DNA of 64,000 nucleotides, taken from contig SCUD01000069.1 of assembly GCA_004297335.1 (NCBI GenBank), forward strand, positions 39,611 to 103,610, given 5' to 3'. Position numbers and translations under genes: made by a program. Origin of the DNA: Gammaproteobacteria bacterium. GTDB lineage: Bacteria; Pseudomonadota; Gammaproteobacteria; Steroidobacterales; Steroidobacteraceae. The notes under the pieces were generated by a model. It saw only the letters and a program-made list of their open reading frames with translations. It had not been told where the DNA came from and made no database searches. Numbering within the stretch: position 1 is the stretch's first letter; each line of letters begins with the position of its first letter. Of the stretch, positions 10,597 through 18,633 are shown one piece after another.

Positions 10597-12411
10597 CTAA
10601 TTAAACCCGATATTGTGGAGGAAAACCTTCTGGAAATCCGCCCGCGTACTGAGCTCGACCAGGCGGCAGGATCGCGCGAGCTCGCGGGCATGGGCCCGAT
10701 CGCGACGCGAGACCAGCAGCCGCCGCACACCGAGTCCCGCGGCATTGCCCACCTGCACGAAGCGCTCGCGGGGCAGCGCCGGAAACAGTCCGGTCGCGAT
10801 GCCGCTCGCCACGTCGATATAGGCACCGAAGGAGCCGGCGATCACGAAGCGTTCAATCGCATCCACCGCGATCCCGGCTTCATCGAGCAGCAGCGCTGTG
10901 GCCGTACGGATCGCCGCCTTGGCGAGCTGCACGGCCCGCACGTCCAGCTGCGTGAAGTGCACCTCCGGCGCCAGCTGCACGGCCCGCTGCCCTGCCACCG
11001 TGACGATATCGGGATGCTGCTTGGCGATCCGCCCGCGCCCATCGATGAATCCACCTTCGCGCAGCACGGCCAGCGCGTCCAGGACCCCGGAACCGCACAG
11101 GCCCACCGGTTGGTGGTGGCCGATCGTCCGGATCCGGATGCGCCCACCATCGAGGCTCACGCGTTCGATGGCGCCCTCGGCCGCGCGCATCCCGCAGGAG
11201 ATGTGCCCGCCTTCGAGCGCCGGACCAGAGGGTGCGGAGGTCGAGAAGAGCCGGTCCCGGACCACGAGGCTGATCTCGGTGTTCGTGCCGATGTCCATCA
11301 CGATCGCCGCCTGGCGGGGGCGCCACTCCGGCTCGGTCGCGAGCAGTGCTGCGACGTGGTCACCGCCGACGAACCCGCCGATGTTCGGCGCGAGTTCTAC
11401 CCGCGCGCCAGGCGCGGTCGCGAGACCGAGCTCGCGCGCCCGGATGCGGATCCCGTCGCAGGCGGTGGCCACGAATGGCGCGCGCCCGAGCTGGCGGACC
11501 GGCAGCCCCAGCAGCAGGTGATGCATCGCGGTGTTGCCACAGATCGCCAGCTCGACGATGTCCGCCGCCGTCTGGCCGACGCTGGCGCACAGGTCGTGGG
11601 CCAGCGCGTTCAGCACTTCGATCGCCGCTGTCCGCAGTGCGGCAGCGCCCTCCCCGCCGTGCAGCGCGTGGTTGATCCGCGTAATGACATCGGCTCCCCA
11701 GGCCACCTGCGGGTTTTCCACGCCCAGCGTCGCCACGCGCTCGCCCCGGTCGAGGTCCACGAGAAAGGCGGCGACGTTGGTCGTGCCGAAATCCACGGCG
11801 AGCCCGAGCGTGCGCCGGCCACAAGGGCCGCAGGCAATGAGTTCTCCATCCTGGGTCCAGGCGCGCAGGCGCCACTCCCGGTCGTTGCCGGACTCGCGCA
11901 GCTGCGCCGGCAGGCGCCTGGCGGCATCGAGGTCCACGGCGAGATCCGGCGTCCCGAGGGCGCGCAGCACGCGATCCACATCCGACCGGCTGTCCTGCAG
12001 GCTGGCGGCGGGAACTGTCACGTCCTGCGCTACGACCGCCGCATCGAGGGCGAGCACCTCGCCTGCCACGGCCGCGGCCTCGGCCCGCACCACCGGAGCG
12101 AGCGACCGCGGCGCCACTGCGATCGTGCAATCACCGCGGGCACTGAGCTGGCAGGAATGCAACCAGCGGCGCTTGCCGGTGTTGCGGCCCCGGCGTGCCA
12201 GCGGAGCCCCGGTCTCAACCACCGTGCCGTCGGTCACCTGCACCAGGCAGCTGCCGCAGGTTCCGCGGCCACCGCAGGCACCGACGATACGCACGCCGTG
12301 GCGGCGGGCGCTCTCGAACAGCGTCTCGTCCTCGCGGGCCGTGATCTCGCGCTCCAGCTGCGGGAAACGCAGGGTGTGCGTCTTGCCTGGGGCGGCCGCG
12401 CGATCCTCCAT
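10597..12411 (-). CDS. RACo-type corrinoid activating enzyme (plant-type 2Fe-2S ferredoxin domain fused to ASKHA ATPase)
   Basis: N-terminal 2Fe-2S motif (GACGGRGTCGSCLV) followed by a long ASKHA-fold region (LAVDFGTTNVAAF, VMDIGTNTEISL). The ATG at 12411 lies 5 nt after the upstream stop. The ATG at 12522 would overlap the upstream gene by more than 100 nt. Confidence 0.8.
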   Translation of the reverse strand: MEDRAAAPGKTHTLRFPQLEREITAREDETLFESARRHGVRIVGACGGRGTCGSCLVQVTDGTVVETGAPLARRGRNTGKRRWLHSCQLSARGDCTIAVAPRSLAPVVRAEAAAVAGEVLALDAAVVAQDVTVPAASLQDSRSDVDRVLRALGTPDLAVDLDAARRLPAQLRESGNDREWRLRAWTQDGELIACGPCGRRTLGLAVDFGTTNVAAFLVDLDRGERVATLGVENPQVAWGADVITRINHALHGGEGAAALRTAAIEVLNALAHDLCASVGQTAADIVELAICGNTAMHHLLLGLPVRQLGRAPFVATACDGIRIRARELGLATAPGARVELAPNIGGFVGGDHVAALLATEPEWRPRQAAIVMDIGTNTEISLVVRDRLFSTSAPSGPALEGGHISCGMRAAEGAIERVSLDGGRIRIRTIGHHQPVGLCGSGVLDALAVLREGGFIDGRGRIAKQHPDIVTVAGQRAVQLAPEVHFTQLDVRAVQLAKAAIRTATALLLDEAGIAVDAIERFVIAGSFGAYIDVASGIATGLFPALPRERFVQVGNAAGLGVRRLLVSRRDRAHARELARSCRLVELSTRADFQKVFLHNIGFN

Positions 12412-12415
12412 CGCC

Positions 12416-13099
12416 TCAGGCCCGCAGGTCGGAGCCGGCGCCCGCGGCCCGCGTGCGCATCCGGCAACGCGGCGCCGATGGGCATTCGTCGCAGCGCGAC
12501 CAGTCGGCCGGCGGCAGGTCATGGCCGACTCCGCAAACCACCGTTCCGGACTTGATCGGCGTCAGCAGATGGCCGCCGTGCAGGCCAACGCCGATCCGCT
12601 CCGCCTGGGCGAGCCGCAGCACTGCCGGCTGCGCTGAAATGTCGAGACCTGGATCCCCGGCCCGCAGCTCACCCGCCATCGACAGGCCGCGCCGTTGGAC
12701 CTCCATGAGCATCCGGTCCTGGAGGCGCCTCCCCAAAGCGATCACCATGTCATTGGCTACTTCGTCGAGCGCTACGGCAAGCGCGGCCCGCTTGTCCGCA
12801 AACAGCTCACGGATCCGGTCCTCGAACTCCGGACCGAGCGTGAAAGTGCCACAGGCGAGACCGGTCAGTTCGCCAGATCCGGGCAGCAGGCGATCCGCCA
12901 GCAGCGTCTCGCCACCGGCCCGCAACGGGGTTCCCGCGGGCTCATCCAGCGGCACGATCCGGTAGCAATAGGCCGGCCGGGCGAGATCCTCTGCGGCGGC
13001 CAGCGCCTCGGCGCGCAGCCGCACTCGGGCTGGCGAGAGGCCGGCCAGCGACCGCTGCGCCGCCTCGCGGTGCAGCTGTTTGCCATTGATCCACGGCAT
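12416..13099 (-). CDS. methionine-synthase activation-domain-like protein (Met_synt_B12 family)
   Basis: The central and C-terminal pattern DEVANDMV...RAGDPGLDISAQPAVLRLAQAERIGVGLHGGHLLTPIKSGTVVCGVG resembles the MetH reactivation domain. A Cys-rich tail follows (CDECPSAPRC). Confidence 0.55.
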   Translation of the reverse strand: MPWINGKQLHREAAQRSLAGLSPARVRLRAEALAAAEDLARPAYCYRIVPLDEPAGTPLRAGGETLLADRLLPGSGELTGLACGTFTLGPEFEDRIRELFADKRAALAVALDEVANDMVIALGRRLQDRMLMEVQRRGLSMAGELRAGDPGLDISAQPAVLRLAQAERIGVGLHGGHLLTPIKSGTVVCGVGHDLPPADWSRCDECPSAPRCRMRTRAAGAGSDLRA

Positions 13100-13129
13100 C
13101 AGGTCACCGTCGGCGCCAGCGCGCTGGGT

Positions 13130-13792
13130 TCAGGCCGCAGCCTGGGTCCACTTCTTGCAGATGTTGACGGCCTCGACCGCGTTGATGCCGAAGGCATCCG
13201 CACCGGTGTAGTTGCGGACCGTTTCGTCGATCTGGCCACCGCCGATCATCACCTTGACCTGTTGGCGCACGCCGGCCTGCTCGAGGGCCGCAATGGTCTC
13301 CTTCATCGAATCAAAGGCCAGCGTCAGGAACCCCGACAGACCGACCACGTCCGGCTTGAAGGCATGGACCTCGTCGATGAAGGTCTGCGCCGGCACATCG
13401 ATGCCGACGTCCTTGACCTCGAAGCCGTTGATGTCGAGCATGAAGCTGACGATGTTCTTGCCGATGTCGTGCAGGTCACCATGGACGGTGCCGATCAGCA
13501 CGCGCCCCAGCTTGTTCGATGGGCCAGCCTCGTGATCCTTGATCAGTGGCTTGGCGATCCGCCCGATTGCGTCCAGCATCTCGCCGGCCAGCACGAGCTC
13601 CGGCAGGAAATACTCGCCCTCCTCGAACTTCTTGCCGACGATGTCCATCGACATGCGGCACAGTTCCAGCACCCGGATCGGATCCTTTCCATCCTCGAGC
13701 AACATCCGCCTGGCCAGGTCCATGGCCTGGTCCTCATTCATGTCGGCCAGCCAGTCCACCAGCTGCTGCTCCTCGGCGTTCAGCTCGCTCAT
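13130..13792 (-). CDS. cobalamin-binding corrinoid protein
   Basis: B12-binding DxHxxG motif (GDLHDIGKNIV), followed by SxL and a GG-containing Rossmann region (VGLSGFLT, VMIGGG). The ATG at 13792 has a GAGGAG RBS 8 nt upstream. The ATG at 13819 has none. Confidence 0.85.
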   Translation of the reverse strand: MSELNAEEQQLVDWLADMNEDQAMDLARRMLLEDGKDPIRVLELCRMSMDIVGKKFEEGEYFLPELVLAGEMLDAIGRIAKPLIKDHEAGPSNKLGRVLIGTVHGDLHDIGKNIVSFMLDINGFEVKDVGIDVPAQTFIDEVHAFKPDVVGLSGFLTLAFDSMKETIAALEQAGVRQQVKVMIGGGQIDETVRNYTGADAFGINAVEAVNICKKWTQAAA

Positions 13793-13825
13793 CAGCGCGT
13801 CTCCTCGTTGCGATTGCATTCTGAT

Positions 13826-15256
13826 TCAGGACGGTCGGACCCGCATCGCGAGACCGGACTCCACAATGACTTCCGCCAGCACGTCCTCGTTGCGGTGTCC
13901 CATCAGGTGAACACCGGCCACGCCCTCGATCCCCGCCAGGGCTTGCACCGTCTCGATGCAGGCCCGCATGGCCTCGGCCTTCTGGTCCGCCGCGGCCTCA
14001 ATCCGGCGCAGCAGTTCCGCGGGAACGTATACGCCCGGGACGTTCTGGGCCATCCAGCGCAGCGCCCGTGCCGAGGCGAGTGTACCAGTCCCAGCCAGGA
14101 TGAAGGCCCGCTGGTGCAGCCCCCGGCGCCGCACTTCGGCCATGAAGCGCTCGAACATCGGCACGTCGAAGCAGAACTGGGTCTGGATGAAGCGCGCACC
14201 GGCGGCGATCTTCTGCTCGAGATTGGCGATGCGGTCGTCGCGCGGCGGCACGAAGGGATTGACGGTCGCCCCGAGAAAGAACTCCGGTGCGGCCAGCAAC
14301 CGCCGCCCCGAGGCAAATTCACCGCGCTCGCACATGCCACGCGCGATCCCGAGCAGCGTGACCGCGTCGAGATCGAACACCGGCCGGGCCTCCGGGTGAT
14401 CGCCGCGGGTCACGTCATCACCGGTCAGGCACAGGACATTGCGTACGCCGAGGGCCGCGGCGCCGAGCAGGTCACCCTGGATCGCAATGCGGTTGCGGTC
14501 CCGGCAGACCGTCTGGTAGACCGGCACGTAGCCGTTCGCCGCCAACAGTGCTGCCGCGGCGACGCTGGACATATGGCAGTTGCCGCCCGCACCGTCGGTG
14601 ATGTTGATCGCGTCGACCAGGCCCTTGAACCTTGCAGCCCGCGCCAGCAGATCCGCCGGATCGGCGGAATCCGGCGGCGCGACTTCCACGGTCACGACGC
14701 TGCGACCGGAACGGCACGCCGCCTCGAAGGATTCCACGGCCCGCTCCGGGCGACTCGTGCCGACCGGCACCGCGGTAACGACCGGCTCAGGTTCACCGTG
14801 GATGACCGTGATCCAGGTGGAACGGCCGCGCCGGCGAGCATCGACCGCCGGCAGTACCGGCGCCGCTCCTGCCTCGCCGCCAGCATGGATGCGCCGCCGC
14901 CCTTCGAGCGCCTCGACCCAGACACAGCGCATCCCCGGATCGACTTCGCAGTTCCCGTCGGGACGCACGCCACCGCAAGGGCCGTTGCGCATTTGCTTCG
15001 GGCAGTTCATCGGGCAGGCCATGCCGGTCTGTGACAGGACGCACTGCCCGCATTCCTGGCAGTCGAATAAGAAGCGCTTGAGTGTGCGCTCGATCGGGTA
15101 CAGCAGCGCTTCCCCGCGCCGGGGGCCGAGCCGGCGCAAGAGCGGCGCCAGCCGCGGCGCATGGGCTGCGAACCAGCGATAAGCCCTCTGCAATCCACGG
15201 GCGTGACGTACTGACCAGAGGCGGACCGGATACATTGCGGGCTCAGTCCACTCCAT
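13826..15256 (-). CDS. metF: methylenetetrahydrofolate reductase, fused MetV-like Cys-rich domain plus MetF domain
   Basis: The N-terminal Cys-rich domain (CQECGQCVLSQTGMACPMNCPKQMRNGPCGG) is fused to an MTHFR barrel (INITDGAGGNCHMSS, VLCLTGDD). Confidence 0.8.
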   Translation of the reverse strand: MEWTEPAMYPVRLWSVRHARGLQRAYRWFAAHAPRLAPLLRRLGPRRGEALLYPIERTLKRFLFDCQECGQCVLSQTGMACPMNCPKQMRNGPCGGVRPDGNCEVDPGMRCVWVEALEGRRRIHAGGEAGAAPVLPAVDARRRGRSTWITVIHGEPEPVVTAVPVGTSRPERAVESFEAACRSGRSVVTVEVAPPDSADPADLLARAARFKGLVDAINITDGAGGNCHMSSVAAAALLAANGYVPVYQTVCRDRNRIAIQGDLLGAAALGVRNVLCLTGDDVTRGDHPEARPVFDLDAVTLLGIARGMCERGEFASGRRLLAAPEFFLGATVNPFVPPRDDRIANLEQKIAAGARFIQTQFCFDVPMFERFMAEVRRRGLHQRAFILAGTGTLASARALRWMAQNVPGVYVPAELLRRIEAAADQKAEAMRACIETVQALAGIEGVAGVHLMGHRNEDVLAEVIVESGLAMRVRPS

Positions 15257-15273
15257 GCACTCGGACAGACGCA

Positions 15274-15345
15274 GATAGATAAGTTATAAAAAACAAAGCC
15301 GTATACACTATATATCAGTAATCACATCAAGCAACATCCCATTCT
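15274..15345. promoter_or_regulatory. AT-rich island in the divergent intergenic region between metF and the cytochrome b561 gene; candidate promoter/UP/architectural-protein region
   Basis: The stretch agatagataagttataaaaaacaaagccgtatacactatatatcagtaatcacatcaagcaac stands out against the GC-rich background. It lies 18-90 nt upstream of the metF start. No convincing -35/-10 pair could be assigned. Confidence 0.35.
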
Positions 15346-15516
15346 GCTCCCGCTGTATCATCGGGCGATAGCATTGTACCGCACATGTTCTGGCCAGGTT
15401 CAGTACGATCATGGACGCTACCGTACACGACTCGTTTCACAGGAGTGACCGGATTCGGTAACGTGACACATTGACCCGCCCGTAGACCCGTGTGGCCCTG
15501 GTAGAGGAACCCGATC

Positions 15517-16065
15517 ATGCAACCGACCGCCTACACCCGGACGGCGATAGCCCTGCACTGGCTTATTGCCGCCCTGATCTTCACGACCTTCCCGCTCGGC
15601 GTGTACATGCACGAGCTGCCGTTGTCACCGACCCGCGTCGAGTTGTATTCGTATCACAAGTGGATCGGGGTCACGATCCTCCTGCTGGCCGTGATCCGCG
15701 TCGCCTGGCGCGCGAGCCATCCGGCACCGCCGCCGGTTGCGGGCACACCGGCCTGGCAGAGGATCACCGCGGCCGCTACCCACCACCTGCTGTACCTGCT
15801 GGTGATCATCATTCCGGTCTCCGGGTGGCTGATGAGCTCGGCCAAGGGCGTGCCGACGGTCTGGCTCGGTCTCGTGCCATTGCCGGACCTCGTCGGGAAG
15901 AACGAGGACCTTGGCGAGCTGCTGGAGGAAGTCCATGAGACCCTCAACTTCCTGCTGCTGCTCCTCGTGGTCGTGCACCTCGTGGGGGCGCTGAAGCACC
16001 GGTTCATCGATCGCGACGAAGTAATGGCCCGGATGCTGCCGTTCCTGGGCTCGCGCAAGCTGTAG
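15517..16065 (+). CDS. cytochrome b561 family protein
   Basis: Four-TM profile with conserved His positions ([34 protein letters not shown]). GAGGAA RBS upstream. Confidence 0.85.
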   Translation: MQPTAYTRTAIALHWLIAALIFTTFPLGVYMHELPLSPTRVELYSYHKWIGVTILLLAVIRVAWRASHPAPPPVAGTPAWQRITAAATHHLLYLLVIIIPVSGWLMSSAKGVPTVWLGLVPLPDLVGKNEDLGELLEEVHETLNFLLLLLVVVHLVGALKHRFIDRDEVMARMLPFLGSRKL

Positions 16066-16625
16066 TGAACATGCGCGCCTGGCTGACGAGTGCTGTCCTG
16101 GCGTTACCGGTCCTGGCCCAGGTCGCCTCGGCGCCGCTCGCGCTGGACGCTGCAGGCAGCCGGATTTCGGTCAGGGCCAGCCAGATGGGCGTGCCGATCG
16201 AGGGCGAGTTTCGCCGCATCGAGGCCGAGCTCGACTTCGACCCGGCCAGGCCCGCGGCCGGAAGCGCCCGGGTCCGGATCGAGGTCGGCAGCTTCGACCT
16301 GGGCGACGAGGAATTCAACCGCGAACTGCGGCGTCCGGAGTGGTTCGACGCCGGGCAGCACCCGGTCGCGACCTTCGCGTCGACCGGGATCACTCCTGCC
16401 GGTCCCGGACGCCTGGAAGTGACGGGCCAGCTGACGATCAAGGGCCGCACGGTGGCCGTGACCGTGCCGGTACAGCAGGCCAGCGACGGCAATCAGCAGG
16501 TTCTCGATGGCTCGCTGCCAATCCGCCGCCTGCAGTTCGGCATCGGCAGCGGCGCCTGGGCCGATACCTCGGTCGTTGCCGACGAAGTGGAGATCCGCTT
16601 TCGCCTCGTGGCAGCGGGTTTCTGA
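16065..16625 (+). CDS. YceI family periplasmic protein
   Basis: Signal peptide, then YceI-like beta-barrel sequence ([33 protein letters not shown]). The start overlaps the upstream stop. Confidence 0.8.
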   Translation: MNMRAWLTSAVLALPVLAQVASAPLALDAAGSRISVRASQMGVPIEGEFRRIEAELDFDPARPAAGSARVRIEVGSFDLGDEEFNRELRRPEWFDAGQHPVATFASTGITPAGPGRLEVTGQLTIKGRTVAVTVPVQQASDGNQQVLDGSLPIRRLQFGIGSGAWADTSVVADEVEIRFRLVAAGF

Positions 16626-16651
16626 TTCTCGCCCCACATCAGCCCCGGAGA

Positions 16652-17224
16652 ATGATCAAGATGAACACGAGAGGATTCGCCGCCACCCTGCTGCTCACCC
16701 CGGCGCTCGCGCTCGCGCAGACCTACCAGATCGATCCGGCTCACACTTACCCGAGTTTCGAGGCCAGTCACATGGGCATCTCGGTCTGGCGCGGCAAGTT
16801 CACTCGCAGCTCCGGAACCGTGACGCTCGATCGCACGGCGAAGTCCGGCACCGTGGATATCCAGATCGATGCATCCTCGATCAATTTCGGCCACGCGCAG
16901 CTGGAGGAGCACGCCCGCGGGCCGGACTTCTTCAACGTCGAGCGGTTCCCGACTGTCACCTACAAAGGCACGATCGCGAGCTGGAACGGCGACGCTCCAG
17001 CGACCGTCGAAGGTGAGCTGACACTGCTGGGGCAATCCCGCGCGATGACCCTGAGCATCCACTCATTCAAGTGCATCGAGCACCCGATGTTCAAACGGGA
17101 GGTCTGCGGCGCCGACGCATCGACCAGCTTCCGGCGCTCGGATTTCGGCATGAGCTACGGCTTGCCGCGCCATGGCGACGATGTCCGGCTGGCAATCCAG
17201 GTCGAGGCGCTGCTGGCGGAATAA
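16652..17224 (+). CDS. YceI family periplasmic protein
   Basis: Signal peptide [23 protein letters not shown], then [26 protein letters not shown], typical of YceI. A GGAG RBS lies before the ATG at 16652. The longer ORF from 16340 overlaps the previous gene. Confidence 0.85.
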   Translation: MIKMNTRGFAATLLLTPALALAQTYQIDPAHTYPSFEASHMGISVWRGKFTRSSGTVTLDRTAKSGTVDIQIDASSINFGHAQLEEHARGPDFFNVERFPTVTYKGTIASWNGDAPATVEGELTLLGQSRAMTLSIHSFKCIEHPMFKREVCGADASTSFRRSDFGMSYGLPRHGDDVRLAIQVEALLAE

Positions 17225-17243
17225 GCCGCAGCGACCTCGGGGT

Positions 17244-18617
17244 TCAGCGTTGCGTGCCGGCCTGGTCGGCGCGGTCCGCGGCCAGACTCGCCATTGCCGG
17301 ATGCTGGCCGCCGGCCAGGCCCTCGATGAAGCGCAGGTTGCGATTGACCGTGCCCTGGATGTGCCGGACATCCTCGTCCGCCAGGTGCCTGAACTTGCCG
17401 AGCACCCGCAGGTACTCCGTGATCGCGACCGGGCGCCCGGGGTCCCGACTCAGGCGCAGGCCCTCGCCGGGCGCGAACTCCCACAACAGCACGAAGTTCG
17501 ACTCCACGGCCTTGCGTGCGACTTCCATGTTGTCCTGCGACGGAAACCGCCAGCCGGTCGTGCAGGGCGAGTAGATGTGCAGGTAGGCAAAGCCACGTTT
17601 CGAGGCGTCGATCGCCCGGTCCAGCTTGGCGTAGAGATCTTCCATGAATCCGGTCGAGGCCGTCGCGACGTACTCGCAGTTGTGCATCATCATCAGGACC
17701 GGCAGGTTCTTGGCGTCCTGGGTCTTGCCACGGCCGCGTTCGCCGACCGGGGTCGTCGAGGTCCAGGCGCCGAACGGCGTGCAGCTCGAGCGCTGCATAC
17801 CGGTATTCATGTAGCCCTCGTTGTCGACGCAGATGAAGAGGATCTGCTCACCGCGCTCGGCGGCGCCGGACAGCGACTGGAAACCGACGTCCGCCGCACC
17901 ACCGTCGCCGGCGAGCGCGACCGCGTTCACCTCGCGCCCCAGGCGCCGGTACTGGCGCTTGATGCCGGTCAGCATCGAGGCGGTGTTGGTCAGCAGCGGG
18001 TGAAAGACCGGCACCTTGGTACCGGTCAGGCCGTTGTATCCAACTGCACCCATGCCCGGGATGCAGCCCGGCGGCGTGGCCAGCACGGTGTCCGGACCGA
18101 TGCGGCGCAGCGTGTGTCGCATGACGAGCTCGGTGTTGCAGCCCTGGCATCCCGAGAGCCCCGGGGCAAACAGGTCCTCGAGATCACCAACCTCATTGTA
18201 GATGCGCGCCGTCGTGATATATCGCAACGCACCGGTATCGCAGACCTTTACGCAAGCCGGATCGCCGTCGCAGGTGTCGCACTTGACCACGTGCCTTTCC
18301 GCCGCGTTATAGACGATGCCGCCGTAGGCGCAGCCCACGGTGCACAGCAGGCAGTTGACGCACTTGCTGCCATCCCAGGCGATGACCCCATCGTCGCCGT
18401 GCTTGTCCAGCGCGGCCGCCGGGCAGCTGGCCACGCACTTCGGATCGGCGCACTGGCGGCACAGCGCCAGCGCATACGAGCCGTCGTCCGCGGCGATCTG
18501 GATCCGGGAATTGGCCGGATCCGCGCTGCCGGTCTTGACGCTGGCGCAGCTGCGCATGCAATCGCCGCAGCCATTGCAGAGTTCTGGGCGGAAGGCGATG
18601 GTGTTGTAGGCCGGCAT
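17244..18617 (-). CDS. 2-oxoacid:ferredoxin oxidoreductase beta (TPP-binding) subunit with an N-terminal poly-ferredoxin domain
   Basis: The first ~130 aa carry four CxxCxxC-type clusters (CNGCGDCMRSC, CRQCADPKCVASCP, CVNCLLCTVGC, CDTCDGDPACVKVC). The TPP-binding beta-subunit motifs follow (GCQGC, ALAGDGGAADVGFQ, CVDNEGYMNTG). Confidence 0.8.
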   Translation of the reverse strand: MPAYNTIAFRPELCNGCGDCMRSCASVKTGSADPANSRIQIAADDGSYALALCRQCADPKCVASCPAAALDKHGDDGVIAWDGSKCVNCLLCTVGCAYGGIVYNAAERHVVKCDTCDGDPACVKVCDTGALRYITTARIYNEVGDLEDLFAPGLSGCQGCNTELVMRHTLRRIGPDTVLATPPGCIPGMGAVGYNGLTGTKVPVFHPLLTNTASMLTGIKRQYRRLGREVNAVALAGDGGAADVGFQSLSGAAERGEQILFICVDNEGYMNTGMQRSSCTPFGAWTSTTPVGERGRGKTQDAKNLPVLMMMHNCEYVATASTGFMEDLYAKLDRAIDASKRGFAYLHIYSPCTTGWRFPSQDNMEVARKAVESNFVLLWEFAPGEGLRLSRDPGRPVAITEYLRVLGKFRHLADEDVRHIQGTVNRNLRFIEGLAGGQHPAMASLAADRADQAGTQR

Positions 18618-18633
18618 GCAGTGCGCCCCCGTT

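Noticed and set aside
10570-12555. 661-aa plus-strand ORF opposite the RACo gene
   Set aside because: This is a shadow ORF typical of GC-rich DNA. The translation is an Arg/Gly/Ala/Pro/His-rich low-complexity string with no recognisable domain. The opposite strand encodes a clean 2Fe-2S/ASKHA protein.
12695-15034. 779-aa plus-strand ORF spanning the corrinoid protein and MetF genes
   Set aside because: It is antisense to three well-supported genes and has no motifs. Its composition is dominated by R, G, D, H and L, as expected for a reverse-frame artefact.
6308-15256. Pyrrolysine-type in-frame amber codons in the methyltransferase genes
   Set aside because: All ORFs in the cluster are uninterrupted. 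The MT-I candidate is URO-D-like, not MttB/MtbB/MtmB-like, and no pyl genes are present in the window.
15257-15516. Possible cobalamin riboswitch upstream of the corrinoid gene cluster
   Set aside because: I could not find a B12-box-like element or the expected GC-rich paired regions on the metF strand. An Rfam scan would be needed to exclude it formally.
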